A stretch of 64,000 nt of DNA, taken from an uncultured Haloferula sp. GTDB lineage: Bacteria > Verrucomicrobiota > Verrucomicrobiia > Verrucomicrobiales > Akkermansiaceae. A program made the translations under genes and the position numbers. This document shows positions 47,566 to 57,124 of this stretch, one piece after another. The notes beneath the pieces were generated by a model, which saw nothing but the letters and a program-made list of their open reading frames with translations, searched no databases and was not told the origin of the DNA. The stretch lies in assembly GCA_965652295.1 (NCBI GenBank), contig CBFGTS010000011.1, positions 101,246-165,245 of the forward strand. Reading direction: 5' to 3'. Position 1 is the first letter of the stretch; each line of letters starts with the position of its first letter.

Positions 47566-48042
47566 TTACTCGGCCGACTCGTCCTCGGTGCCGTCGGTCA
47601 AGACGTTGATGGTGAGGGTGGTGGTCACTTCCGGATGGACCTGGACCACAACCTCGTTCTTGCCGGAACGCTTGATCGGCTTGTCAAGCTGAATCGCGTG
47701 ACGATCGAGTTCGATGCCGGCGGCTTCGAGTTCCTTGTGAATGTCGATCGAGGTGACCGAACCGAAGGCCTTGCCACCTTGACCGGTGGAGAGGGTGAAC
47801 TTCGGACGAAGCTTGGAGATCTTGCTGGCCAGTTCCTGGGCGACCTGGAGTTCCTCGGCCTCACGTTGGGCACGGGCGACCTTGAGGTCTTCGACGTGCT
47901 TGAGGTTGGCCTCGGATGCCTCATAGGCTTTGCCTTGGGGGACGAGGAAGTTACGCGCGTAGCCGGCGCGGACCTTGACGACGTCGGCTTCGGCGCCGAG
48001 CCCTTCGATTTTTTCGCGGAGAATCACTTGTGCGTTTGCCAT
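47566..48042 (-). CDS. rplI: 50S ribosomal protein L9
   Basis: GYARNFLVPQG and FGSVT motifs. Confidence 0.95.
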   Translation of the reverse strand: MANAQVILREKIEGLGAEADVVKVRAGYARNFLVPQGKAYEASEANLKHVEDLKVARAQREAEELQVAQELASKISKLRPKFTLSTGQGGKAFGSVTSIDIHKELEAAGIELDRHAIQLDKPIKRSGKNEVVVQVHPEVTTTLTINVLTDGTEDESAE

Positions 48043-48152
48043 GACGTCTGGTGGTCGTTCGTGGGGGGCGGGAGGTAGGACCCGGGGGAGCCGGAGTCAA
48101 GGAAAATGGCGAAATTGCGCCTGCTGGATGCGGAATAGCGGTGGTTGGGATT

Positions 48153-48183
48153 TCTTCACCGCGGCGCTGCGCCGCGGTGGAGA
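48153..48183. repeat. Near-perfect GC-rich palindrome (REP-like or terminator)
   Basis: TCTTCACCGCGGCGC-T-GCGCCGCGGTGGAGA. Confidence 0.5.
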
Positions 48184-48214
48184 CGGAAACCGTGAGGATC
48201 GTGCTCGGACACCG

Positions 48215-50356
48215 TCACCTTGAGGCGAGGGTCTGGCAGCCTTTGAGGTCGAGCTTTCCGGAGGCCAGGACGGGGATCTCGGGGACGGGGACGACGGCAC
48301 GCGGGCACCAGAGAGACGGCAGGCCGGCGTCCATGAGCTTGTAGCGGAGGTCGATGCACTCCTGCTCCAGGGCGGGTCCGGCGATGGTGGAAAGGAGGAT
48401 GATCGCTTCGCCTTTTTGCTCATCGGGCACGCCGACGACGGCGATCTTCCGCTCGGCCTCGGCATCGAGCCCGAGGGCTTTGTTGATGGCGCCCTCGACG
48501 GTTTCGTGCGGGACCATTTCTCCGGCGATCTTCGAGAAGCGGGAGATGCGGCCCTCGATGTGGAGAAACCCGTCTTCGTCGACGCGGCCGACATCACCGG
48601 TGCGGAACCAACCGTCTTCGGTGAGCACCTCGGCGGATTTCTTCGGGTTGTCGAGGTAGCCTCGGAAGACGTTCGCGCCGCGGAACCAAATGATGCCCTG
48701 GCGGTCGAGCGGGCAGGGTCGGTCGGTGGCGGGATCGGTGAGCTTCACGGCGATGCCCGGAAGGAGCTGGCCCACGCTGCCTTTGCGGGAGCTGGGGAGA
48801 ATGGAGACGCCGGTTTTCGCCGCCGGCTCGGGTAGGTTGACGTTGGTGGCCGGAGAGGTCTCGGTGAGCCCGTAGCCTTCCTGGGGCATGATGCCAAAGC
48901 GTTCTTCGAAGGCGTCGGCGAGGCTCGTGGGGAGCTTCTCGGCTCCGGTGACCACGAGTTTCAACGATTTGAGCTGCTCGGGTTTCACGCGCTTCATGTA
49001 GCCGCGGAGAAACGTCGGAGTGGCGAGCAGGAGGCTGACCTTGTGGGCTTCGATGAGTTCCCCGAGCCGCTTGGTTTCCAGGGGATTCGGATAAGTGACG
49101 AGGTTGATCCCATTGATGCATGGGAACCAGAGGGTGACGGTGCTGCCGAAGGAATGAAACAGCGGCAGGCAGCCGAGCACCGAGTCGCCCGGCCCGGCTT
49201 CGAGGCGGGTGGCGAACTGGCAGACGTTGGCGAGCACGTTGCGGTGGGAGAGGGCGACGCCCTTGGGATCGCCCGATGACCCGGAGGTGAAAAGCAGGAC
49301 CGCTTCGTCATCGCCTTTGCGTTTTCCAATGCCGAAGATTGAGGCGAGGGCGCTGGCTGGAAGGAGCTTGGAAAGAACGGCCCACGAAATGATCTTCTTC
49401 TTCAGAGTGGGCAGGACGCGTTCAATGTAGATCAGGTCGCGGTTAGGCGGCCACGGAAAGGACGCGACCTTGCGGACGAAGGGGTCGGCGGTGATGTAGC
49501 GCTCCACACCGGATTGCTTCATCGCCGAGCGCACGGCTTCGTGACCGGCGGTGAAGTTGAAATTCACCGGGACTTTTCCGGCGAAGAGCACGGCGAGGTT
49601 GGCCACCATCCCGGCCTTGCCCGGCGGCAGGACAATTCCGACGCGTTTGGCGGACGTTTCCTCGCGGATGTATTTGGAAAAAACCAGTGCCGCGGCGAGC
49701 AGGCGATCGAAGGTGAGATCGGAGTCGTCCGAGCCGTCGTGAAGCGTGGTCTTCGAGTGCTTCTTGAGGCCATGGAGCACAGCCGTGGCGAGCGAGCTCT
49801 TGAAAAGGGGGCGGGCGGAGTAGGCCTCCTCGGAGGCCGCGAGCATGCCTTGGCGGATGGCGGCCCCGGAGACCTCGGTGGCGGGAATGAGGGGGGCGAC
49901 GGCAAAGACGACGCGGGGCAGCGAGGCGGACTTCTCGACGGACAGGCAGGTGGAACGCGGCGTGTCGATGCCGATCGGCACCGTGGGCAACTTGAAGGCG
50001 CCGAGGGTCGCCAGGGTCTTTCCGGGGATGAGGCAGGGCGTGCCGGGCCGGGTGAGGGCGGGGCCGGGAACGAACACGAGGACGCCGTTGTCGGGCAGGG
50101 AGCGCTTGAGTTGGTCGCCGATGCCAGCGGGGTCCGCATCGAGATCGGAAAACACGGCTCCGGAGCCGTGTTTTTCCAAATACGCCCGCACGTCGGGGTC
50201 GATCGCGGCGTTTTCCTCGATCAGCCATGTCACCGGGCGGGCATCGAAGAGCTGGTGGAAAGCGGGGAGGTCCTGAGCCTCCAGCTTTCCTGGGACGACA
50301 AGACAGCCGGTGGCGGGAATGCGGTCGCGGTGGAGAATCTGAACGGCGGAACTCAT
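48215..50356 (-). CDS. Aas-like acyl-ACP synthetase (AMP-binding domain with a degenerate N-terminal acyltransferase-like domain)
   Basis: LFTSGSSGDPKG, EGYGLTETSP, TGD, RFSKIAGEMVP motifs. Confidence 0.85.
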   Translation of the reverse strand: MSSAVQILHRDRIPATGCLVVPGKLEAQDLPAFHQLFDARPVTWLIEENAAIDPDVRAYLEKHGSGAVFSDLDADPAGIGDQLKRSLPDNGVLVFVPGPALTRPGTPCLIPGKTLATLGAFKLPTVPIGIDTPRSTCLSVEKSASLPRVVFAVAPLIPATEVSGAAIRQGMLAASEEAYSARPLFKSSLATAVLHGLKKHSKTTLHDGSDDSDLTFDRLLAAALVFSKYIREETSAKRVGIVLPPGKAGMVANLAVLFAGKVPVNFNFTAGHEAVRSAMKQSGVERYITADPFVRKVASFPWPPNRDLIYIERVLPTLKKKIISWAVLSKLLPASALASIFGIGKRKGDDEAVLLFTSGSSGDPKGVALSHRNVLANVCQFATRLEAGPGDSVLGCLPLFHSFGSTVTLWFPCINGINLVTYPNPLETKRLGELIEAHKVSLLLATPTFLRGYMKRVKPEQLKSLKLVVTGAEKLPTSLADAFEERFGIMPQEGYGLTETSPATNVNLPEPAAKTGVSILPSSRKGSVGQLLPGIAVKLTDPATDRPCPLDRQGIIWFRGANVFRGYLDNPKKSAEVLTEDGWFRTGDVGRVDEDGFLHIEGRISRFSKIAGEMVPHETVEGAINKALGLDAEAERKIAVVGVPDEQKGEAIILLSTIAGPALEQECIDLRYKLMDAGLPSLWCPRAVVPVPEIPVLASGKLDLKGCQTLASR

Positions 50357-50715
50357 GAGTGATGGAAAATCAGGCGTCGGGTGATGGACGAGATGTGCCC
50401 CGGAAATCGCCGGCTGGCACGGATTTTTTGCACCGGGTGCCGAGCTTTTGGGCGGGGAGATTCGACCCCTTGGGGGTGATGGCCGCGGCGAGGCTCGTTT
50501 CACAGGATGAATGGAATCGGATGAGATGTGGCTTGCCAGGACGGGGGATCAGGCTTAAGGGGCCGCCGCCCGATCTGTTTTGGGGCACCGGATCCTTGTT
50601 CAGGATCCGTCCCGTGTCCGGTCTTCATCGATGAGAAGAGCGGGGGCCCGGTTCAACCACACCCCGTTTCATCGAATCCGCCCGCGCCCAACCCGGCTGC
50701 CGGCACCCCGACATC

Positions 50716-51999
50716 ATGACTGAAGCTACCTTTGAGGCGCTGCCCTTGGCCGCGCCCCTGCAGCGCGCGCTCGCAGAGCGCGGCTATACGACCCCCTCGC
50801 CGATCCAGCAGCAGGCGATCCCATTGCTCTTGAAAGGCCGGGATCTCCTTGGCTGTGCCCAGACCGGCACCGGCAAAACCGCGGCGTTTTCGCTGCCGAT
50901 CCTCCATGCCCTGCACGAGGATCCGCGCGGCGTGAGACCGAAGTCCGCCCGCGTGCTGGTGCTGACGCCGACGCGCGAGCTGGCGACTCAGGTTGGCCGC
51001 AGCCTTGCAGACTACGGCACCCACCTGCGGATGCGCCACGCGCTGATCTTCGGCGGAGTAGGCCAGCGACCCCAGGTCGATGCCCTGCGCAAGGGAGTCG
51101 ACGTGCTGGTGGCCTGCCCGGGCAGGTTGCTGGACCTCGTGAACCAGCGCCACGTGGATCTCTCGCAGGTCGAATTTTTCGTGCTCGATGAGGTGGACCG
51201 CATGCTGGACATGGGTTTCCAGCGCGATGTCCAACGGATCGTCTCGCTGCTGCCGTCGAAGCGTCAGTCGCTGTTTTTCTCCGCCACGCTCGCTCCGGCG
51301 ATCGTGAAACTGGCGCACGAAATCCTCCGCGATCCCGCCACGGTGACGATCGAGCCGGAGGTGACGACGGCTGAAAAGGTCGCCCAGCAGGTGTGCTTTG
51401 TGGCCAAGGACGACAAGCGGCCGCTGCTGGTCGAGCAGCTGCGCGCCCAATCGAAGGGCGAGCTGAGCATTGTGTTCACCCGCACGAAACACGGCGCGAG
51501 CCGCCTGGCTCGGCAGATTTCCACGGAAGGCATCGCCGCCGAAGCGATCCACGGCAACCGCAGCCAGGCCCAGCGCGACAAGACGTTGGCGAAGTTCCGG
51601 GCCGGACACCTGCCGGTGCTGGTGGCCACTGATGTCGCCGCGCGCGGCGTGGACGTGAAAGCCGTGACCTTGGTCGTGAACTACGATTTGCCGAACGAGC
51701 CCGAAGCCTACGTCCACCGCATCGGCCGGACGGGTCGCGCGGGCGCTACGGGTCGTGCGGTTTCCTTTTGTTCCGAGGACGAAAGGGAATACCTCCGCGA
51801 TATCGAGAAGCTCATCCGCCAGCAGATCGACGTGCATGCCGAGCACTCCTGGCACCGATCGAGCATCACTCGCTTGCCGATGCCCGGGCAAGGCCGCGGC
51901 CGCAGCCGTCAGGACGGTGCGGATGCCAGGTCGGCGGATCCGGCCAAGCGTCGCCGTCGTCGTCGGTCCCGCTCGGGAGCGGCCAGCGGCCGCCGCTGA
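50716..51999 (+). CDS. DEAD-box RNA helicase (RhlE-like)
   Basis: AQTGTGKT, PTRELA, DEVD, SAT, TDVAARG, HRIGRTGR motifs and an Arg-rich tail. Confidence 0.93.
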   Translation: MTEATFEALPLAAPLQRALAERGYTTPSPIQQQAIPLLLKGRDLLGCAQTGTGKTAAFSLPILHALHEDPRGVRPKSARVLVLTPTRELATQVGRSLADYGTHLRMRHALIFGGVGQRPQVDALRKGVDVLVACPGRLLDLVNQRHVDLSQVEFFVLDEVDRMLDMGFQRDVQRIVSLLPSKRQSLFFSATLAPAIVKLAHEILRDPATVTIEPEVTTAEKVAQQVCFVAKDDKRPLLVEQLRAQSKGELSIVFTRTKHGASRLARQISTEGIAAEAIHGNRSQAQRDKTLAKFRAGHLPVLVATDVAARGVDVKAVTLVVNYDLPNEPEAYVHRIGRTGRAGATGRAVSFCSEDEREYLRDIEKLIRQQIDVHAEHSWHRSSITRLPMPGQGRGRSRQDGADARSADPAKRRRRRRSRSGAASGRR

Positions 52000-52002
52000 G
52001 GA

Positions 52003-52551
52003 TCAATCCACCTCCAGCCGGTAGCGGCGGAGCGTGGAATCGATTTCGCGCGACCACGCATCGATGCCTCCGGCCAAGGCGCGGGTGCGTTTCAAGCCAT
52101 GTCCCTGGAACCACGAACAGTGGTCGAGGACATGGCGGCCCTGGTGGTCGTAGAGCACGATCTCGCGGTCGGGATCGCCGGCGAAGAGCTGCTGCTGGAT
52201 TTCCTGGGTCATCAATTCGGACCCCGGGATCTGCACGGCCTCGTGTTCTTCCCGCGTCCGGGTATCGAGCAGCAGAACCGGCTCGCCCGCGTCCAGCCGT
52301 GCTTTCAGTTCGGCGGGGGAGAGCAGCATCCGCTGATCGAGCCGGTCGGCGGCGAGGATGTGTTCGAGCATTTCCGCCGGATCGAGCCCACCGGATCGCT
52401 CGGCGAGAGCCTCGAGTGTCTCTTCCGGAGAGAATCCACAGCTCTGGCAACCGCCGAGATGATAGCGCGAAAACAGGGCCCGTCGTGCTCCCGGGAGCGT
52501 CTCCATGATTTGCCCCATCGGGCTCCGGGTGGTGAGGGCGGCGGCTTGCAT
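52003..52551 (-). CDS. Rhodanese-like protein with an N-terminal CxxC (DUF1858/ScdA_N-like) domain
   Basis: GGCQSCG, LLDTR, LAGGIDAW motifs; Asp at the usual catalytic Cys position. Confidence 0.75.
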   Translation of the reverse strand: MQAAALTTRSPMGQIMETLPGARRALFSRYHLGGCQSCGFSPEETLEALAERSGGLDPAEMLEHILAADRLDQRMLLSPAELKARLDAGEPVLLLDTRTREEHEAVQIPGSELMTQEIQQQLFAGDPDREIVLYDHQGRHVLDHCSWFQGHGLKRTRALAGGIDAWSREIDSTLRRYRLEVD

Positions 52552-52624
52552 GGAGCGACGCTAGGGGAGGATTGAGGAAATTTCCACTGTCGCGCTGCGG
52601 CATGCTCATGCAGGGTTTCCGCGC

Positions 52625-53470
52625 ATGGCCCATATCGAGGACGAACCGAAGATCTACCTGCTGCCGAATCTGATGACGGCAGGCAATCTCGCCTGCGGTT
52701 TCTTTGCGGTCCTTTCGATCTTCCAGGGGATTCTGGTCGCTACCAGCAAGGAAACCGGGTATGACTTCGCGCTGGCCCAGCCGTTTTATGAACGGGCGAT
52801 CCTGCTGATTTTCGGGTCGTGTATCTTCGATCTTCTCGACGGGCGGCTGGCGCGGCTCGGCGGAAAGGAGTCGCCCTTCGGCCGCGAGTTCGACTCGTTG
52901 GCGGATGTCATCAGCTTCGGAATGGCACCCTCCCTCCTCATGGCGAAAGCCGTGCTCTTCCCGCTGGATCACGTCATCGATGGGCTCGGCTGGGTGCTGG
53001 CCTGCATTTACGTCCTCTGCGGCGCGGTGCGTCTGGCCCGCTTCAACTGCATCGCGGCCTCGATCCACCACAACCCCTCCGACACCGACTTCCGGGGCAT
53101 TCCGATTCCGATGGCCGCCGGGTTCATTTCTTCGCTCACCTTTCTCATCATCTACCTCAATGAGACCGACCGCGATCTCGGCGCTTGGAAGTTCGTGCTC
53201 GGCGGGGCGATGTTGGGGCTGTCCATCCTGATGATCAGCGACGTCCGCTATCCGAGTTTTAAAAAACTCGACTGGCGCACCAAGAGCACACCGATGGTCA
53301 TCGTGGGCGCGGCGGTGCTGCTCGTGATCACCGTCCGGTATCGCTACGTGATGCCGGTGATCCTATTCAGTGCCTATCTTCTCTACGGCCTGGTGATTCG
53401 TCCGTTCCTGCCGAAAAGGGTGGTGCGGGAATTCGAGGACGAGCCGGAAGAAGAAGATTCCGGCCAATAG
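52625..53470 (+). CDS. pssA: CDP-diacylglycerol-serine O-phosphatidyltransferase
   Basis: LPNLMT, DLLDGRLAR, FGREFDSLADVISFG, RLARFN motifs. Confidence 0.9.
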   Translation: MAHIEDEPKIYLLPNLMTAGNLACGFFAVLSIFQGILVATSKETGYDFALAQPFYERAILLIFGSCIFDLLDGRLARLGGKESPFGREFDSLADVISFGMAPSLLMAKAVLFPLDHVIDGLGWVLACIYVLCGAVRLARFNCIAASIHHNPSDTDFRGIPIPMAAGFISSLTFLIIYLNETDRDLGAWKFVLGGAMLGLSILMISDVRYPSFKKLDWRTKSTPMVIVGAAVLLVITVRYRYVMPVILFSAYLLYGLVIRPFLPKRVVREFEDEPEEEDSGQ

Positions 53471-53519
53471 TTTGGAAAAAGTTTTTGATTAATTTTTCCT
53501 GATTATTTAGAACAGTCGC

Positions 53520-54125
53520 ATGAAACGTCGCGGTGTTCTTCCCCGGATTCTTTTTTTTCTCTTTTTGGGGCTGATCGCGGCCACAGCGGCATCGGCCGCA
53601 CGATTTTCGACCGTGATCATCGATCCGGGGCATGGCGGGCGTGACAAAGGTGCCTTCTGGGGCGGGGTGAGGGAATCGACCCTGGCGTTGAACGTTGCCA
53701 AGGACTTGGAAGCCTGCCTCAAGCGCCGGGGGATTCGCACGGTGATGACCCGCCGGTCCGACGTCTTTATTTCCCTGAGAAGCCGGGCGGCCATCGCGAA
53801 CCGCTATCGTCATGCGGTGTTCGTGAGTGTCCACTTCAACGCCTGCCTCAATACCGGTATTCGCGGCGCGGAGACCTATTATTGGGGAAACCAGGGCCGC
53901 ATCCTCGCGACCGCCATCCAGCGGCGGCTGCCCGGACGGGTCAAAACTCCCAACCGCGGTGCCCGTCGGCGCGGCTTTTCCGTGTTGGTGAACACCCGTT
54001 GCCCCGCCGTGCTCGTCGAGTGTGGCTTCATCAGCAACCGCGGTGAGCGCCAACGTTGCGCGACCCGCTGGTATCAGCAAACGGCCGCGCGGGCCATCTA
54101 TGACGCGCTGATGGCCTACCGTTGA
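53520..54125 (+). CDS. N-acetylmuramoyl-L-alanine amidase (Amidase_3)
   Basis: IDPGHGG, VSVHFNA, VLVECGFISN motifs and a signal peptide. Confidence 0.92.
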   Translation: MKRRGVLPRILFFLFLGLIAATAASAARFSTVIIDPGHGGRDKGAFWGGVRESTLALNVAKDLEACLKRRGIRTVMTRRSDVFISLRSRAAIANRYRHAVFVSVHFNACLNTGIRGAETYYWGNQGRILATAIQRRLPGRVKTPNRGARRRGFSVLVNTRCPAVLVECGFISNRGERQRCATRWYQQTAARAIYDALMAYR

Positions 54126-55015
54126 GCGGGGGACTCCGTTTTCTGAAAGCGCGAGGTGATCCAGCCTTCCCGTGGCCGGAACCACCAGGCCAGGGTGAAG
54201 ATGAACCCGGCGATCACGGCGATCATGCCGGACGTGGTGGTGTCCTCGAAGCCCAGCCAACGCGGCACCGTGAGCGCGGCGACATGTCCGACCGCCGCCG
54301 AGGTCGCCGCGACGGCCGCCGCCACGAGAAGCATCGGGAGCAACCTTTTCGTCAAAAGCTGCGCTGTCGCTGCGGGGACGATCAGCATGGCGATGACGAT
54401 GATGCTGCCGACCGATTCGAATGCCGCGACGGTGGTGACCGCCACCATCGCCATCAACAGGTAGTGGAGCAGGATGGAGGAAAAACCGAGGGTGTCGGCC
54501 AGTGCGGGGTCGAAGGCCGAAAGCCGCAACTCCTTGTAGAACAATCCGATGAGACCGAGGTTGAGGAGCAGGATGATGCCGTTGACGATGGCCGCACGGG
54601 GAAGCTCGGTCGGCACGATGGGTGCGCTGGTTTCAATGGCTCCGTAAAGGACGCAGGATGGGTCGAGATCGACGTGGTCGCCCGCCCGGACGATCAGCAC
54701 GAGGCCGATCGCGAACAGAGTGGTGAAAACCACACCCATCGCGGCGCCTCGATCGACATTGCCGAAGCGACTGACCCATTGGGTGAAAAGAGCGGTGAGG
54801 ACCCCGGTGACCGCGGCACCCAGAAACATCGGCAGGCTCGCCCGCGAGCCGGTGACGAGGAAAGCGATCGCCAGCCCCGGCAGGACGGCGTGGCTGATGG
54901 CATCGCCCATCATGCTCATCTTCCTCAGCACCAGAAAGCAGCCGGGCAGCGCGCAGGCCACGGCACAGAGGACACCGGTGACGACGATCCAGGTATCGGT
55001 GAAGTTCCATTCCAT
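54116..55015 (-). CDS. Mn/Zn/Fe ABC transporter permease (TroD/MntD-like)
   Basis: GDAISHAVLPG, SAFDP, FESVG motifs. Confidence 0.9.
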   Translation of the reverse strand: MEWNFTDTWIVVTGVLCAVACALPGCFLVLRKMSMMGDAISHAVLPGLAIAFLVTGSRASLPMFLGAAVTGVLTALFTQWVSRFGNVDRGAAMGVVFTTLFAIGLVLIVRAGDHVDLDPSCVLYGAIETSAPIVPTELPRAAIVNGIILLLNLGLIGLFYKELRLSAFDPALADTLGFSSILLHYLLMAMVAVTTVAAFESVGSIIVIAMLIVPAATAQLLTKRLLPMLLVAAAVAATSAAVGHVAALTVPRWLGFEDTTTSGMIAVIAGFIFTLAWWFRPREGWITSRFQKTESPAQR

Positions 55016-55019
55016 GCGT

Positions 55020-56336
55020 TCAGATGTGATGCGGGCTGCCGGGAATCTGGAGTTCGGGCGAAAGCTCGCTTTCGAGGTCGCGCACCATCTCCGGACCGAG
55101 GATGTGCTCCACCATGTCGGCGTCGCGATCAACGTGACTCGGGGCGATGTCGGCGTGGCGGATGAGATAGATTTCCCACAGGCGGTGGTTGCGGGTGATG
55201 CGGGCCGCCTCGCCGAAGCCGGACTCGGAAAGCAGCACCGCGGATGGATCGCTGGTCACTTCGAGGTGGTCCTCGCGCCGTGCCAGCGCGAGCTGGCGAC
55301 GGAGTTGGCGTGGTGTCCAACTCCGGTGCTCGATCAATCTCCGGCGCGGAACCGGACGGTTGGAAACCGGTTCCCCCTGGGATTCGAGAAGTTCAAAGAT
55401 CGACCGCAGCAGGTGCTGGCGCCCCATCCGCCGCTTCAGCCGGTGGTGCTTGACGAAACGCGGCACGACTCCGCGTTTCGTGCCGAAGAGCATGCTGAAG
55501 AGGAAAACCACGGCACCCGTGATCACGATCACCGCGCCGGCCGGGAGCTTCGGCGCCAGTGCGCTGAAGGAGGACCCGAGCCAACCGCAGGCGGCACCGA
55601 TGGCACCTGAAATGACGATCATCCGGCTCAACCGCTCGGTCCAGAACCGCGCCGCGGCAGCGGGAATGATGAGGAAGGCGATGATCAGGATGAGGCCCAC
55701 CGATTGGAGCCCGACCACCGTGATGGCGGTCACGAGCGAAAGCAGCACGATGTCCAGAAGCAGCACCGGCCAGCCTTCGGAGGCGGCGTAGGTTTCATCG
55801 AAACACAGCAGCAGGAATTCCTTCAGCAGCGCCCACGCGGCCACGCAGCAGGCACAGGAGGTGACGACGATCCACAGCAGGTCGGAAAGTACGATGGATG
55901 CCGTTTTTCCGTAGATGAACGATTCCAGGCCGGAGGCATCCGGCAGCCGCTGTACCATCCGCAGGATCGCCACCCCCGCGCCGAAGAACACCGAGAGGAC
56001 GAAACCCATGGCGACGTCGTCGCGGAGCCGGGTGGTACGACGGATGGCGAGCATGGTGGCGACGCCGGCCAGGCCGGAAAGGGTCGCGCCCAGCAGTAGG
56101 GCAGGAAGGCTTTTTCCGGTACCGCCGAGGCTGGTGACCACGGCGAAGGTGATCGCGATCCCCGGCAGCGTGGCGTGGGAGAGAACATCGCCCATCAGCG
56201 AACGCTTGCGCAGCAGTAGCAGGTTCCCCACCACACCGGCACCGAGGCCGAGGAAAAACGTCGCCGTCACGACCAGCCGCGTATTGTAGCTGCGCAGCGT
56301 CAGCACCTCGGCCAAATCCTGAAGGAAGGTGTCCAT
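55020..56336 (-). CDS. Metal ABC permease fused to a C-terminal DtxR/MntR-like domain
   Basis: GDVLSHATLPG permease motif; C-terminal RNHRLWEIYL...ADMVEH...PGSPH. Confidence 0.88.
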   Translation of the reverse strand: MDTFLQDLAEVLTLRSYNTRLVVTATFFLGLGAGVVGNLLLLRKRSLMGDVLSHATLPGIAITFAVVTSLGGTGKSLPALLLGATLSGLAGVATMLAIRRTTRLRDDVAMGFVLSVFFGAGVAILRMVQRLPDASGLESFIYGKTASIVLSDLLWIVVTSCACCVAAWALLKEFLLLCFDETYAASEGWPVLLLDIVLLSLVTAITVVGLQSVGLILIIAFLIIPAAAARFWTERLSRMIVISGAIGAACGWLGSSFSALAPKLPAGAVIVITGAVVFLFSMLFGTKRGVVPRFVKHHRLKRRMGRQHLLRSIFELLESQGEPVSNRPVPRRRLIEHRSWTPRQLRRQLALARREDHLEVTSDPSAVLLSESGFGEAARITRNHRLWEIYLIRHADIAPSHVDRDADMVEHILGPEMVRDLESELSPELQIPGSPHHI

Positions 56337-56341
56337 AAAGG

Positions 56342-57121
56342 TCAGCGCGTGCCCGCGCGGCGGATGGCGTTGGCGGCGCGGTCGAGCAACGCCAGGCGGC
56401 CGCCGTAGGTCTTCTTGAGGTTCTCGTCGGTGAAGACCTCCTCGGTGGGACCGGAGGCGACGATCCGCATGTTCAGCAGCACGACCCAGTCAAAGTACTC
56501 GGTGACGGTGCCGAGATCGTGGTGAACCACCAGCACCGTTCGCCCGCGCTCGCGCAGTTCCTTGAGCAGGGCGATGATCGCCTGCTCGGTGGCGGCATCG
56601 ACGGCGGCAAACGGCTCGTCCATGAAATAGACCTTCGCGTCCTGCGCCAGCGCCCGGGCGAGGAATACCCGCTGCTGCTGCCCGCCGGAAAGCTGGCTGA
56701 TCTGACGGCCGGCGAGGTCGCCGATGCCGACCTTTTCCAGTGCCTCCATCGCGAGGGCGCGTTCTTTTTTACCGACGCGGCGGAACCACCCGAGCTTGCG
56801 GTAGGTGCCCATGGCCACCACGTCCAGAGCCGAGACCGGGAAATCCCAATCGACGCTCTCGCGCTGCGGCACGTAGCCCACCAGGTGACGGTTCTCGCGG
56901 TAGGGCTTGCCGTAAATGCGCGCCCAGCCGGAGGTCTTGGGAATCAGGTCGAGGCACGCTTTCAGCAGAGTCGATTTTCCCGCTCCGTTCGGCCCCACGA
57001 TCGCCACCAGCCGGCCCTCGGGGATGTTCAGTTCAACGTCCCAGATGACCGGCTTCCGCTGATAGGCCACCGTCAGGTCATGGACGGTCAGCGGGAAATC
57101 GGGCGGATGTTCGTGCTGCAT
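56342..57121 (-). CDS. Metal ABC transporter ATPase (TroB/MntB-like)
   Basis: [35 protein letters not shown] motifs. Confidence 0.93.
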   Translation of the reverse strand: MQHEHPPDFPLTVHDLTVAYQRKPVIWDVELNIPEGRLVAIVGPNGAGKSTLLKACLDLIPKTSGWARIYGKPYRENRHLVGYVPQRESVDWDFPVSALDVVAMGTYRKLGWFRRVGKKERALAMEALEKVGIGDLAGRQISQLSGGQQQRVFLARALAQDAKVYFMDEPFAAVDAATEQAIIALLKELRERGRTVLVVHHDLGTVTEYFDWVVLLNMRIVASGPTEEVFTDENLKKTYGGRLALLDRAANAIRRAGTR

Positions 57122-57124
57122 GAT

